Counted from the stretch's first letter, positions 28,708 to 39,514 are shown. The stretch: DNA of 47,034 bases from Candidatus Woesearchaeota archaeon (GCA_964617925.1 CAZTYO010000003.1:1-47034); one strand, 5' to 3'. Notes: a model not told the origin generated them from the sequence alone. Numbers and translations: made by a program.

Positions 28708-29271
28708 CTAAGAAGGTAATCCAAACAATACTTTGGCCCCATCAAAAGGACCGAAAGGGATCATATTAAAGAAGAATAATATCATATTTATCAATTTAGT
28801 CATTTGTAATACTGCCATTTGAGTTCTATTCAAATTATTTAATTTTTTAAGTAAAATTGCGGAAACTATCCAAATCAAAAGGTTCATTCCAGGACCTGCG
28901 AATGCAATTAACCTATAGGCAAAATCACTAGTAACATGAGGGATTTCAACATAACCTGGAGCAACTAAAAGAAAGGGTGAATTAATCATTCTTAAAAATA
29001 CTCCAATTCCTAAACCAAGTGGAAACATTTTGAAAGTTGCGCTAACTCCATAAGCAATAGCAACAAATTTGTGTGCTAATTCATGTAAAACTATTGCAGG
29101 TGCAGTAACGAGTAAGGAAAATTTAAAATCATCAAAATTAAATTTTTTGGGATGCATCATATCATAAACTGTCTTTGGTCTAGAGATAAATTTTCCAGTA
29201 AATATATATCCAATAATAGCACTCATTACAAGAATTTCAATTATTTCTCTAAAACTTATCAATGATTCCAT
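28708..29271 (-). CDS. Peptidase M50 family membrane metalloprotease (short)
   Basis: HELAHK, IAFAGP and NMIPFGPFDG motifs. Confidence 0.92.
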   Translation of the reverse strand: MESLISFREIIEILVMSAIIGYIFTGKFISRPKTVYDMMHPKKFNFDDFKFSLLVTAPAIVLHELAHKFVAIAYGVSATFKMFPLGLGIGVFLRMINSPFLLVAPGYVEIPHVTSDFAYRLIAFAGPGMNLLIWIVSAILLKKLNNLNRTQMAVLQMTKLINMILFFFNMIPFGPFDGAKVLFGLPS

Positions 29272-29313
29272 AAAAGTTCACTAAATTAATATTATTTAAA
29301 ATACTTTCTTTTA

Positions 29314-29328
29314 TTGACACGTTGTCAA
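29314..29328. promoter_or_regulatory. Palindrome TTGACA-cgt-TGTCAA, putative operator between the M50 gene and nreA
   Basis: Perfect 6-3-6 inverted repeat just upstream of the nreA TATA box. Confidence 0.45.
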
Positions 29329-29371
29329 ATTAACAAATCAATTTTATAAATATCTAACAACCACCAAAAGT

Positions 29372-30598
29372 ATGAATAACATCATCAAAGTAGATAAAAA
29401 AAAGTTATTAGAAGCAAGATCTCAAACCTTATTCAAAATAAAAGAGATTATGGGAGAATTCAATAGCACTTCTCCTCCTTCGGTATTTGTAGGTTCAAAA
29501 TTAAGATATCCTGCAGTTAATGTAGGGATCTTAGCTCCCACAGAACAGAATAAATGGGCATGGATTTTTGATGCTCAAAATTATTGGGCGGAGAATGAAT
29601 TTAAATTAGAAGATGTAATAAATTTTCGAAGATCATTAATCAATTCAAGATTCAAATCAAATGTAAATGCGATAACTAGTTCTCAATCAGATTTAAATAA
29701 AAAATTTTTAGAAATTTCTCAAGAGTTGGCAATGGCAACAAAATCTGTTGATTTGGAAATGGAATTAAAAAGAAAAGCGGCAATAAGGCTTGATTTTGAT
29801 AAAATAAATATGCCGATAGGCCCAAGGGCACAACTTAAGAAAGTAAAATTAACTGAAAACCCAAAGATACCAACTAAAATAGATAAAGTAGTTTCAGATA
29901 TGGATTTAAAATCTGTTGGAGCAATAAATACATTATATAAGAAAGATGTGAACGAACACTCAATTTCAAAATTATTGTCTATTGGGATGGTCGGGTTAAA
30001 AAAAGATAGGAGATTAGTTCCAACGAGATGGAGCATAACAGCAACAGATGATTTAATTGGAAAGAATTTATTAGAAAAGATAAGATATTATCCAAGGATA
30101 GAAGAGAATAAGATTTTTTTCGGAAATTATTTTGGAAATTATTATTTAGTAATTTTATTACCTGAAATGTTATCTTTTGAATTATTTGAAATGTATTTGA
30201 AAGATTCCGCATGGAACAAAGTATCAGGAATTAGTATGGCAACAGATTTTGAAGATTTTTATGGAAGAAAGAAATATGCTTCAAATACAGCTGGAGGATA
30301 TTATGCAACAAGACTAGCAATATTAGAACATTTAGAAAAAATAAAGAAACAGGCATCAATATTAGTATTAAGATTTGAAACTCCAGAATATTGGGCAAGC
30401 ATGGGAGTATGGGTTGTAAGATCTGCAGCAAGAAAGGCAATGAATACTAAAGAAAATACATTTGAATTAAAAGGGGCAGCACTAAATTATGCATATGGAA
30501 AAATAATGAAACATTTGAACTTCAATATATCTCCAATATTAAAAGAAAGTAAAATATTAAATAGAAAACAAAAAAGGCTTGGTGCCTTTATTTCTTAG
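29372..30598 (+). CDS. nreA: DNA repair protein NreA/NreB family
   Basis: SPPSVFVG, RRLVPTRWSITATD, GGYYA, GVWVVR; C-terminal PIP box QKRLGAF. Confidence 0.9.
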   Translation: MNNIIKVDKKKLLEARSQTLFKIKEIMGEFNSTSPPSVFVGSKLRYPAVNVGILAPTEQNKWAWIFDAQNYWAENEFKLEDVINFRRSLINSRFKSNVNAITSSQSDLNKKFLEISQELAMATKSVDLEMELKRKAAIRLDFDKINMPIGPRAQLKKVKLTENPKIPTKIDKVVSDMDLKSVGAINTLYKKDVNEHSISKLLSIGMVGLKKDRRLVPTRWSITATDDLIGKNLLEKIRYYPRIEENKIFFGNYFGNYYLVILLPEMLSFELFEMYLKDSAWNKVSGISMATDFEDFYGRKKYASNTAGGYYATRLAILEHLEKIKKQASILVLRFETPEYWASMGVWVVRSAARKAMNTKENTFELKGAALNYAYGKIMKHLNFNISPILKESKILNRKQKRLGAFIS

Positions 30599-30866
30599 TA
30601 GGTTTTTCTTCTTCTATGATTTCTTCAACTTCTTCGATGTCTTCTTCCATCTCTTCTTCGAAATCAAAATCTTCATTTTCTTTTCTTTCATTCAAACCCA
30701 TAAGAAACATAACAAGTCCAATAAGTATGGCAACTGCACCAACGTTTCCAACAAAAAGTTTTATAACATTAATAAGTTGTGTGCCGAAAAAATCCCACCT
30801 AACATAAGTGTAGATTCCAGCAATCATAAACATTAAACCACCTATTATTTTTACTAAATATCTCAT
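30588..30866 (-). CDS. Hypothetical 2-TM membrane protein with acidic tail
   Basis: GGGGGT RBS before MRYLVK. Confidence 0.75.
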   Translation of the reverse strand: MRYLVKIIGGLMFMIAGIYTYVRWDFFGTQLINVIKLFVGNVGAVAILIGLVMFLMGLNERKENEDFDFEEEMEEDIEEVEEIIEEEKPTKK

Positions 30867-30975
30867 TTTAACCCCCGTTAATAAAAAAGGTAAATCAAGT
30901 TTAGTATATATATTTTTTGGAAAATTCAAGGTATACAGAAACTTTTATAAAGCGTTTAAGTTTTCAGTTTCTACT

Positions 30976-31548
30976 ATGTATAAATATATCAGAGAGCTTT
31001 GGAAAAAACCAAGAGAATCTATGAAAGATGTGGTTATGGAGAAGCTTATTGCATGGAGAAGAGAACCTTCTATAATAAAAATTGAAAAACCAACTAGATT
31101 AGATAGAGCTAGAGCAGTTGGTTACAAAGCAAAACAAGGGTATATTGTTGCAAGAGTAAAAGTAAAGAAATCAAGAAGAATGAGGCCTTTGATTAAGAAA
31201 GGTAGAAGACCAAAGGCAAGAAGAAGAAAGAAAGTAGTTGGTAAGAGTTATCAATGGATTGCCGAGGAAAGAGTAGCAAAAAAATTCAAGAACTTGAGAG
31301 TATTAAACAGTTATTTCTTATTAAAAGATGGTTTATACAAATGGTATGAAGTAATTTTAGTAGATCCAAATCATTCTGTAATAAAGGCAGACAAAAAAAT
31401 AAATTGGATTTGTGAAAATAAACACAAAGGTAGAGAAGCAAGAGGATTAACTTCAGCAGGTAAGAGATCAAGAGGACTTAGGAAGAAAGGAATCGGTGCT
31501 GAAAAGATTAGGCCAAGTTTAGGTGCAAATAAGAGACTTGCAAAATAA
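30976..31548 (+). CDS. rpl15e: 50S ribosomal protein L15e
   Basis: [27 protein letters not shown] and RGLTSAG motifs. Confidence 0.98.
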   Translation: MYKYIRELWKKPRESMKDVVMEKLIAWRREPSIIKIEKPTRLDRARAVGYKAKQGYIVARVKVKKSRRMRPLIKKGRRPKARRRKKVVGKSYQWIAEERVAKKFKNLRVLNSYFLLKDGLYKWYEVILVDPNHSVIKADKKINWICENKHKGREARGLTSAGKRSRGLRKKGIGAEKIRPSLGANKRLAK

Positions 31549-31785
31549 TTAAATTCTTATAATTTTAGTTTTATTTAAAGAAAAGAGTATTATACCAAAC
31601 AGAATTAAAATTCCTACAAATACAACTCCTACTGCACCTAATAAAAGGATTAAAAAAGTAAGAAATGGAAAAACTAGAGCTAACAAAATTCTACTAAATA
31701 AACTAAATATTTCAAGATCTTGAAGTTTCATAAAAACATATAATGAAAACAATAACGAAACATATAATATTATCTCTGTAATCAT
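31549..31785 (-). CDS. Hypothetical small membrane protein
   Basis: Highly hydrophobic ORF filling the gap; start uncertain (31785 or 31806). Confidence 0.55.
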   Translation of the reverse strand: MITEIILYVSLLFSLYVFMKLQDLEIFSLFSRILLALVFPFLTFLILLLGAVGVVFVGILILFGIILFSLNKTKIIRI

Positions 31786-31825
31786 AAACAAAAGTTTATA
31801 AATCAAATTTATTAATCTTTCTACG

Positions 31826-32857
31826 ATGATTCCAAAGAAAAAATTAAAGGAAATGAGAGAATATTTACAAAAAGCAGAGAATCCACTATTCTTTTACGAT
31901 GATGATCCAGATGGATTATGTTCTTATTTATTATTTAAAAAATTCATAAATAAAGGAAAAGGAATAATTGTAAAATCAGTTCCAATTCTAGACGAAAGGT
32001 TTGCAAGAAAAGTAAAAGAGTATTCTCCCGATGTTGTATTCATTCTTGACATGCCAGATGTCACTCAAGATTTCATAGATAAAGTAAGTGTACCAATAGT
32101 TTGGTTAGACCATCATCAACCTGTAAAAAGAAAAGGAGTTCATTATTACAATCCAAGATTAAGTATACCTAGAGATAATCGGCCAACGTCATACTATGCA
32201 TACAAAGTTGTAGAACAAAATTTATGGTTAGCTGCACTCGGAACAATGTCTGATTGGTATTATCCTGATTTTGGAAAGAAATTTGCAGAACATTATCCAG
32301 ACTTGCTTTCAAAAAAAATAACAAAACCTGCACAAGTATTATTTGACACGAGGATTGGAGAACTTAGTTTACTAACTTCATTTTTACTAAAAGGAAAGAT
32401 GGAAGACATAATAAGTTCCATAAGAGTTTTTTCAACACTAGAGTCTCCCTATGAAATTTTAGATCAAATTACCCCAAAGGGGAAATTATTATTCAAAAGA
32501 GCAAACAAGTTTAGAAAAGAATACAAAGTAATGATTGAAGATGCACTTAAAACAAAAACAGACGGGAATTTTCTGTTATATCATTATCCAAATCAAAAGA
32601 ATTCTTTTACAAGTGAGTTATCAAATGAATTATTATACAGAAATCCAGATAAAATAATAGTAGTTGCAAGAGAATCAAATGGTTCAATGAAATTAAGCTT
32701 TAGAAGTTCAAAAATAAAACTGCCAAAAAAGATAGAAAAAGCCCTAGAAGGTTTAGATGGTTATGGGGGTGGGCACGAATTTGCTTGTGGTGGAAGTATA
32801 AATGTAAGAGATTTCGACGAGTTCCTAGAAAGATTTAAAAAATTAGTAAAAAAGTGA
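31826..32857 (+). CDS. DHH family phosphoesterase (RecJ/GAN-like) with DHHA1 domain
   Basis: DPDG, LD, LDHH, SFRS and GGGH motifs. Confidence 0.92.
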   Translation: MIPKKKLKEMREYLQKAENPLFFYDDDPDGLCSYLLFKKFINKGKGIIVKSVPILDERFARKVKEYSPDVVFILDMPDVTQDFIDKVSVPIVWLDHHQPVKRKGVHYYNPRLSIPRDNRPTSYYAYKVVEQNLWLAALGTMSDWYYPDFGKKFAEHYPDLLSKKITKPAQVLFDTRIGELSLLTSFLLKGKMEDIISSIRVFSTLESPYEILDQITPKGKLLFKRANKFRKEYKVMIEDALKTKTDGNFLLYHYPNQKNSFTSELSNELLYRNPDKIIVVARESNGSMKLSFRSSKIKLPKKIEKALEGLDGYGGGHEFACGGSINVRDFDEFLERFKKLVKK

Positions 32858-32971
32858 GAAATCTAATACTCTAATTTATAGAATAAATAATCTAAGTTAA
32901 ATGTTCTATATGTTTATATATAGTTATTATTAAAAATTTATACTTAAATTAATTTTATAAGGGGCGTTAAA

Positions 32972-35506
32972 ATGAAATTACCAAATTATGTAAAAAATGA
33001 TAATTTAGAAGAGAGATTATCAGATAATTCTAAGTGGACATTAGAACAAAAATATCTTAAAAGAGATAATGAAGGCAAGATTATAGAAGGGCCAAAAGAA
33101 AGACTATATACAATTTCAAAGACAATCGCAGAGATAGATTCTCAATATGGGGGTTCAGCAAAAAATATTGGAAAAATAACTGAAAATTTTTATAATTCTA
33201 TGACAAGCTTAGATTTTTTACCTGCTGGAAGAGTCTTCACAAATACAGGAACAGAAACAAAAGCATTATTCAATTGTTATGTTTTAGACCCAGAAGATAG
33301 TATAGATCCAGATGATGATTTAAATGATATATTTGGAGAAGTTAGGAAAGGTGCAAGAATTCACAAAGAAGGTGGAGGAACTGGATACAATTTTTCAAAA
33401 TTAAGGCCACGTGGCAGTTATGTTCAAAAATCAAAAGGAGTTGCATCTGGTCCAATTTCATTTATGGAACAATTTGATAAGGCAACTGAGATAATCAATT
33501 CTGGAAATAGGCGTGGTGCAAATATGGGAATTTTAGACATAGATCACCCAGACATAATGGATTTCATTTATGCAAAAGCCGTTCATGGAAAATTAAAGAA
33601 TTTTAATATTTCAATTGGAGCAACAGACAAATTTATGGATGCAGCAATAAATGATGGATATTTTCCGTTACAATTTGAAGGTAATCCCCTGACTTTAGAT
33701 GATTTACTTAATTATCAATCAAACATCGAAGAAAACAAACTTGCAGGTTCAGAAGTTGGAATGGCGCCAAATCCTCCATCTATAATTGTAGATAAGGAAA
33801 AGGAGAGGGTTTTAGATACTTTTACAAACAAAGAGATTGGAAGGATAAATTCTGAAAACAATGTTGAATTATATGGGCCAGCAGTGATGAATATAATTGC
33901 AAACCTGGCTTGGCAAACTGCTGATCCTGGAATGATATTTTTAGACGCAATAAATAGAGAAAATCCGTTGCCAAATAAAGGTCCAATAAAAGCAACTAAC
34001 CCTTGTGGAGAACAACCATTACATCCTTACGATGCATGTAATCTTGGTTCAATTAATCTTTCAAATATGGTTAAAAGAAAAGGGGCCGATTATGAAGTTG
34101 ATTGGGATAAATTAACTGAAACCACAAAAACTGCAGTACATTTTATGGATAATGTTAATGATGCTAGTAAAGGTCCAATAAAAGAAATAGAGGAAACAGT
34201 GTTAGACCATAGGAGAATTGGTCTTGGAGTTATGGGGTGGGCAGACCTGTTATTAAAATTAGGAGTGCCATATGATTCAAAAGAAGCAGTAGAATTAGCA
34301 GAGAAAGTTATGTCTCATATAAATTCAGATGCAAAAATTAAATCTGTGGAAATTGCAGAACAGAGAGGTGTGTTTCCAGCATTTGAAGGAAGTATTTATG
34401 ATAATGAAAATTTAGAAGATAGAGTTAGAAATGTTGCAAGAACAACAATTGCGCCAACTGGTTCAATAGCAATGGTGGCCGGAGTATCTGGAGGGATAGA
34501 ACCATATTTCTCAAACATCTTTTATAAAAATATTAGGGGCGGAGATGTATTAAAATTCATAAATCCAGAACTAGAAAGAGAACTGAAAGAAAGGGGAATA
34601 TATTCTGAAAAATTAATTGAAAAAGTAGAAAAGAATGGAGGAACAGTTCAAGGAATAAAAGAGATTCCTCAAGATTTACAAAAAGTTTTCAAAGTTGCAG
34701 GAGATATCCATCCAAAAGATCATATTAGAATTCAAGCAGCGTTCCAAAGGAATTTAGATAATGCAGTAAGTAAGACAATAAACATGCCAAATGAAGCAAC
34801 AGTTGAAGATGTAAAAGAAGCATACTTACTAGCTTATCAGATGGGATTAAAGGGAACTACAATTTATAGAGATGGCTCAAAAGATGTTCAAGTTTTAGAA
34901 ACAAAGAAAGAAGAAACAGAAAGAACTTACATAACTCCAAAAAGAATTCCAGACATGATGCCTTCAGTAAAAATAAAACAAAATACTCCATTTGGACATA
35001 TGCATGTTAATATAACTGTAGATCCAAAAGATGGATCACCTTATGAAGTTTTTGCCCAATTAGGAAAAAGTGGAGATGTAGTGCATGCAGATTTAGAAGG
35101 AATCTGTAGACAACTGAGTACAAATCTAAGGGCAGGAGTGGATCCAACTTATTGTGTAGATCAATTGGAAGGAATTGGAGCAAGTATTGGAAGTATGCCT
35201 TCTAGGGAAGGAATTGTGACTTCAATCCCTGATGGGGTTGGAAGAGCATTAAAGAAATATTTGATGGCCATAGAAAATTATGGTTTTGAAGATGTAATGC
35301 TTGGAGAAGTTGATTATGATAACCTTATTGACAAAATGAGTGATAATCTAAAAAAAGGTAATGGAAATGGAAATGGGAACGGTTCAACAAATAATGAAAG
35401 CCAGAAGAATATGTTTGGAATAAAGTGTCCAGAATGTGATAATGGTAAGTTAATATTCCAAGAAGGTTGTAAAAGATGTTCTTCCTGCAACTATTCGGCT
35501 TGTTGA
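32972..35506 (+). CDS. nrdJ: Adenosylcobalamin-dependent (class II) ribonucleotide reductase with C-terminal TSCPD/zinc-finger region
   Basis: NCY, GGGTG, RRGANM, TNPCGEQ, CNLGSIN, TIAPTG, SKTIN and YRDGS motifs; terminal CPEC...C..CNYSAC. Confidence 0.95.
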   Translation: MKLPNYVKNDNLEERLSDNSKWTLEQKYLKRDNEGKIIEGPKERLYTISKTIAEIDSQYGGSAKNIGKITENFYNSMTSLDFLPAGRVFTNTGTETKALFNCYVLDPEDSIDPDDDLNDIFGEVRKGARIHKEGGGTGYNFSKLRPRGSYVQKSKGVASGPISFMEQFDKATEIINSGNRRGANMGILDIDHPDIMDFIYAKAVHGKLKNFNISIGATDKFMDAAINDGYFPLQFEGNPLTLDDLLNYQSNIEENKLAGSEVGMAPNPPSIIVDKEKERVLDTFTNKEIGRINSENNVELYGPAVMNIIANLAWQTADPGMIFLDAINRENPLPNKGPIKATNPCGEQPLHPYDACNLGSINLSNMVKRKGADYEVDWDKLTETTKTAVHFMDNVNDASKGPIKEIEETVLDHRRIGLGVMGWADLLLKLGVPYDSKEAVELAEKVMSHINSDAKIKSVEIAEQRGVFPAFEGSIYDNENLEDRVRNVARTTIAPTGSIAMVAGVSGGIEPYFSNIFYKNIRGGDVLKFINPELERELKERGIYSEKLIEKVEKNGGTVQGIKEIPQDLQKVFKVAGDIHPKDHIRIQAAFQRNLDNAVSKTINMPNEATVEDVKEAYLLAYQMGLKGTTIYRDGSKDVQVLETKKEETERTYITPKRIPDMMPSVKIKQNTPFGHMHVNITVDPKDGSPYEVFAQLGKSGDVVHADLEGICRQLSTNLRAGVDPTYCVDQLEGIGASIGSMPSREGIVTSIPDGVGRALKKYLMAIENYGFEDVMLGEVDYDNLIDKMSDNLKKGNGNGNGNGSTNNESQKNMFGIKCPECDNGKLIFQEGCKRCSSCNYSAC

Positions 35507-35559
35507 ATAGAAATTAATATAAACAATAACCTCAACTATTTCTTTAGAGGTGATTAGAA

Positions 35560-37488
35560 ATAAAGAGGTTAATATTATTTTTTTTATTATTAGTACCCTT
35601 AGGTTTAGCTCAAGAATCTTATACTGAATATTCTGACTTGAGAATAGAAGTAAATCTTTTTGCTGATTTAACTATGAATGAAGATGGAGAAAATCCAAGT
35701 TTAAATTATGCGGAAGGAACATTATTATTAAGGCCTTATTCGGATCAAAGACAAAGCATAAATAATTTGAATACCTTTTCAAGTTTGAGTGCAGAGATAT
35801 TTGAAGAAGATTCCATAATTTTTAGGTGGGAAGAATATGCGGAAGAAGTTGAATTCGGATACACCTCTATAATTGAAACACAAAGAAGGATATATCAACT
35901 TCCCTATTCTAGATTTCCAATTCTAGATTTAAAAGAGGAAGAAGAATATTACTTAGAAGAAGGAGAAAAGATAGATATAACTCCAGAAATTTTAGCAAAG
36001 GCAAATGAGATAGTAGAAGGAGAATCAAATTTATACACTGCAGTTTTTAAATTAGCAAATTGGGTGGAAGAAAACATAGAATATGATTTAAACACAATAA
36101 CTGCAGATGCTGCCTTAAGTTCTTCATGGGTTTTAGAAAATAGGGAAGGTGTGTGTGACGAATTAACTGCATTATTTATTTCATTATCGAGATCAGTTGG
36201 AATTCCTGCAAAATTCATAGCAGGAACTGCATATTCAAATTCAAATGAAGGATTTGGAAATCATGGTTGGGCAGAAGTTTATTTTCCAGGTAAAGGGTGG
36301 GTACCTTATGATGTAACTTTCAAACAATTCGGATTTATCGATCCAGCACATATAAAATTATTAGAAAATTTAGATTCTAGTAGTCCTTCAATACAGTATA
36401 ATTGGAGATCAAATAATATTGTTCTTTTACCTCAAGGATTAAATATCACAACTAGAGTATTAGAAGAAGGAGATAGAGTAAGTTCCCCATTTGATATGAG
36501 ATTAAGGGCGCTAAAAAATAATGTAAGGCCTGGAAGTTATGTTCCAATTAAAGTAACAATAGAAAACCCATTTGAGAATTATACTTCAAACACTGCAATA
36601 ATAACAAAAGCTCCAGGAATGACAGAAGACAACTTAAAACCAGTATTATTAAAACCAAATCAAGAAAAATCAATATTTTGGATAATTGAGATTCCAGAAG
36701 ATGTAGAACCAAATATGATTTATACTACTCAAATTGAAGTAAAAGATTTATTTGGGAATATCAAATCAAAATCAATAGAATTTTCGGCAGGAAATGATTA
36801 TGAGTTTGTGTCTTTAGAAGAAGCAGAAGAAATTATAGGAGAATTGGAAGAATTAGAAGAAAAAACTTATTCTGAAGAAATATCTTTGAGGTGTGAATCA
36901 AACAAATCCTACTATTATGTTTTTGAACAAATTCCATTAACTTGTAAGGTAAGAAATATAGGTAATAAAATATTAAATGATTTTTCAGTATGTTTAGAAG
37001 GAGAATGTAGAATAATTGATTTAACAATATCAGAAGAAAAAGAAATAAGTTTTGAAACACTTGTAGAAAACAAGACAGAACTAATTGTATCTGCAAATAA
37101 TGGAGCAATTGATTTAATAAATAATGTACCAGTTTTAATTCTTGATATGCCAGATCTTAGAATGACTGCTTTTGAATATCCGACTCAAGTAAATTATAGT
37201 GAATCTTTCAATTGGAGTTTTGAATTAACTTCTGAAGCATTAGTAAAGAATTTAGAAATTCACATAAAAGGAATGGATCATTATGTTCTAAACCAATCTC
37301 AGGGAATTCACCACATTGGAATAGAATCAAATTCAAGACAATTTCTTAATAATCAGATATTCATAGGAATAAATTTTGAAGATGAATATGGGAATAAGTT
37401 TGATATAAGTGAAATAAAATATATTGAGGTGATGAATTTACCTTGGTATGCAAGTTTATACAAGTTCTTCATTGATTTAATAAATTAA
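35560..37488 (+). CDS. Secreted transglutaminase-like protein with Ig-like domains (probable ATA start)
   Basis: GVCDE, HGWAEVY and WVPYD catalytic triad. The in-frame signal peptide starts at ATA 35560 behind a GAGGTGA RBS; the ORF track starts at TTG 35638. Confidence 0.88.
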   Translation: MKRLILFFLLLVPLGLAQESYTEYSDLRIEVNLFADLTMNEDGENPSLNYAEGTLLLRPYSDQRQSINNLNTFSSLSAEIFEEDSIIFRWEEYAEEVEFGYTSIIETQRRIYQLPYSRFPILDLKEEEEYYLEEGEKIDITPEILAKANEIVEGESNLYTAVFKLANWVEENIEYDLNTITADAALSSSWVLENREGVCDELTALFISLSRSVGIPAKFIAGTAYSNSNEGFGNHGWAEVYFPGKGWVPYDVTFKQFGFIDPAHIKLLENLDSSSPSIQYNWRSNNIVLLPQGLNITTRVLEEGDRVSSPFDMRLRALKNNVRPGSYVPIKVTIENPFENYTSNTAIITKAPGMTEDNLKPVLLKPNQEKSIFWIIEIPEDVEPNMIYTTQIEVKDLFGNIKSKSIEFSAGNDYEFVSLEEAEEIIGELEELEEKTYSEEISLRCESNKSYYYVFEQIPLTCKVRNIGNKILNDFSVCLEGECRIIDLTISEEKEISFETLVENKTELIVSANNGAIDLINNVPVLILDMPDLRMTAFEYPTQVNYSESFNWSFELTSEALVKNLEIHIKGMDHYVLNQSQGIHHIGIESNSRQFLNNQIFIGINFEDEYGNKFDISEIKYIEVMNLPWYASLYKFFIDLIN

Positions 37489-37490
37489 AA

Positions 37491-38087
37491 ATGAAAATAA
37501 ACAAAGAAAGGGCATTGAGCATATTAGGATTAATATTAGTACTTTCTTCACTCGTCAGAATGATTACTCTTGCAATTTATGGAGATCCTATCCATACCTT
37601 TTGGTTAAGTAACCATATCCCATTAATTTTAGGGATATCTATTTTAATGAGGAATTCATTTTGGATTCTTGCAGAGCTATCATTTATTTTTGTTGGAGAA
37701 TTAGGATGGAGTATAGATTACCTATCTAAACTATTTTTCAATAATTTCATAGTAAAATCAACAGCCTATATGTTTGCAGCAGGAATTAGCAAGCAATTGT
37801 ATGTTTCAAGTTTAACACATCTTATTGTAGTTCCAATTGGTTTAGCGGCATTTTTAATTCTTGGAAAGAAAGCAAAGAATGCATGGAAGGGAGCGTTATT
37901 ACATGTTGCAATATTAATACCATTTATCTTATATTTTGGAAAGGATTACAATTTAAATTGTTTTTTTGAATCTTGTATTTCTTGGTTGCCAACAATAAAA
38001 CTTTTTCCAATTCTCTTTCCTTTGTTCTATATGTCTGTTTGTGTAATTCCAGTAGTTTATCTACTTAATAAATTAGTAAAGAATTAG
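37491..38087 (+). CDS. Hypothetical multi-pass membrane protein
   Basis: About 6 TM helices. Confidence 0.75.
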   Translation: MKINKERALSILGLILVLSSLVRMITLAIYGDPIHTFWLSNHIPLILGISILMRNSFWILAELSFIFVGELGWSIDYLSKLFFNNFIVKSTAYMFAAGISKQLYVSSLTHLIVVPIGLAAFLILGKKAKNAWKGALLHVAILIPFILYFGKDYNLNCFFESCISWLPTIKLFPILFPLFYMSVCVIPVVYLLNKLVKN

Positions 38088-39514
38088 TAACTCTTTCCGA
38101 AATAAGTAACAAATCCTGCCTTAGCTTCACAAGCAAAACAGTTACCCTTACCTTTTTGATTAAATTCACTGTTCAAACTTTTAGCACCTGTTTTATTTTT
38201 TATATTTTCTTCACAATCAACATTACCACACCAATTAGCTTTTCCTAACTTTCTTTCATTGACCAATTTCTTTAAATCAGTCATAGAATTTGTTTCAACG
38301 ATTGAATTATCTAAAAATATTTTAGCTTTATCAAATAGATTTTTTTGAATATCATTCAATGTTGAACTAATTTCTTTATCTAAATCAGTAAGTTTAACAA
38401 ATTTCTTTTCATTAGTATCTCTACGTACTAAAACAACATGTTTTTTTTCAATATCTTTTGGACCAAGTTCTATTCTTATTGGAATGCCCTTAAGTTCCCA
38501 TTCATTAAATTTCCAACCTGCAGAATAATCTTCTCGATCATCATGAATTGGGGCGTATTTTTTAAGAGATTTTACTAACTCAGCTGAAACTTTCAAAACT
38601 TCATCTTTAGTTTTTGTAAATAATATTGGGACAACTACAACTTTGTTTGGTGCAATCTTTGGGGGAAGAACTATTCCTTTTTCATCACCATGGACAGCTA
38701 ACATAATTCCAAGGCTTCTTGTAGAGAATCCCCATGAGTTTTGCCAAGCATATTGATTCTTTTCATTTTTATCTAAGAATTTAATATTAAATGATTTTGA
38801 GAAATTTTGTCCCAATCCATGTGATGTGGCACCTTGTATTGCTTTTCCATTTGGAAGAATAGTTTCAACGCTGAGAGAATAATCTGCGCCTGCAAATTTT
38901 TCTTTTTCAGATTTTGTACCTTTCAACATAGGAACTGCATACAATTTTTCAAACAGATCATTATAGAAATCAAGAATTTTATGAGATTCTTTTTTAGCTT
39001 CTTCTTGAGTTGCAAAGACCGTATGTCCTTCTTGCCATAAGAATTCTCTAGTTCTTAAGAATGGAACGGGATTTTTAAATTCCCATCTAACTACACTACA
39101 CCATTGATTATATCTCAATGGTAAATCTTTCCAAGATCTAATCCATTTCGAATATGAATCATACATAATAGTTTCAGAAGTTGGTCTAATTGCAAGCCTT
39201 TCGCTCAATTTAGTATTTCCAGTTTGAGTTACCCATGCCACCTCTGGAGAAAATCCTTCAATGTGTTCAGATTCTTTTGTTAATAATTTTTCAGGAATAA
39301 GCAAAGGAAAATAAACATTCTTAACACCATCTTTTTTTATTTTTTTATCAAAATATTTTTGCGCTTCTTCCCATAATGAATATGAATTAGGTTTGAATAC
39401 CAAACAACCAGAAACTTTACTATAATCTATCAAATCTGCTTTTTGAATAACTTGAGTATACCATTCAGAAAAGTTTTCATCCTTCTTTACAATTATTCCA
39501 TCTTGTTTGGCCAT
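38084..39514 (-). CDS. proS: Prolyl-tRNA synthetase (archaeal/eukaryotic type)
   Basis: IRPTSET, VRWE, FLRTREFLWQEGH and QNSWGFSTR motifs; C-terminal Y. Confidence 0.97.
   Translation of the reverse strand: MAKQDGIIVKKDENFSEWYTQVIQKADLIDYSKVSGCLVFKPNSYSLWEEAQKYFDKKIKKDGVKNVYFPLLIPEKLLTKESEHIEGFSPEVAWVTQTGNTKLSERLAIRPTSETIMYDSYSKWIRSWKDLPLRYNQWCSVVRWEFKNPVPFLRTREFLWQEGHTVFATQEEAKKESHKILDFYNDLFEKLYAVPMLKGTKSEKEKFAGADYSLSVETILPNGKAIQGATSHGLGQNFSKSFNIKFLDKNEKNQYAWQNSWGFSTRSLGIMLAVHGDEKGIVLPPKIAPNKVVVVPILFTKTKDEVLKVSAELVKSLKKYAPIHDDREDYSAGWKFNEWELKGIPIRIELGPKDIEKKHVVLVRRDTNEKKFVKLTDLDKEISSTLNDIQKNLFDKAKIFLDNSIVETNSMTDLKKLVNERKLGKANWCGNVDCEENIKNKTGAKSLNSEFNQKGKGNCFACEAKAGFVTYFGKSY

Noticed and set aside
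32900-32930. NrdR-box-like sequence upstream of nrdJ
   Set aside because: Only AT-rich TATATA similarity, better explained as the TATA box.
33655-33875. Intein in NrdJ
   Set aside because: Too short, and no Cys/Ser start or His-Asn end at the boundaries.
35357-35383. GGAAAT-type short tandem repeat
   Set aside because: Encodes a Gly-Asn linker within NrdJ; not an independent element.
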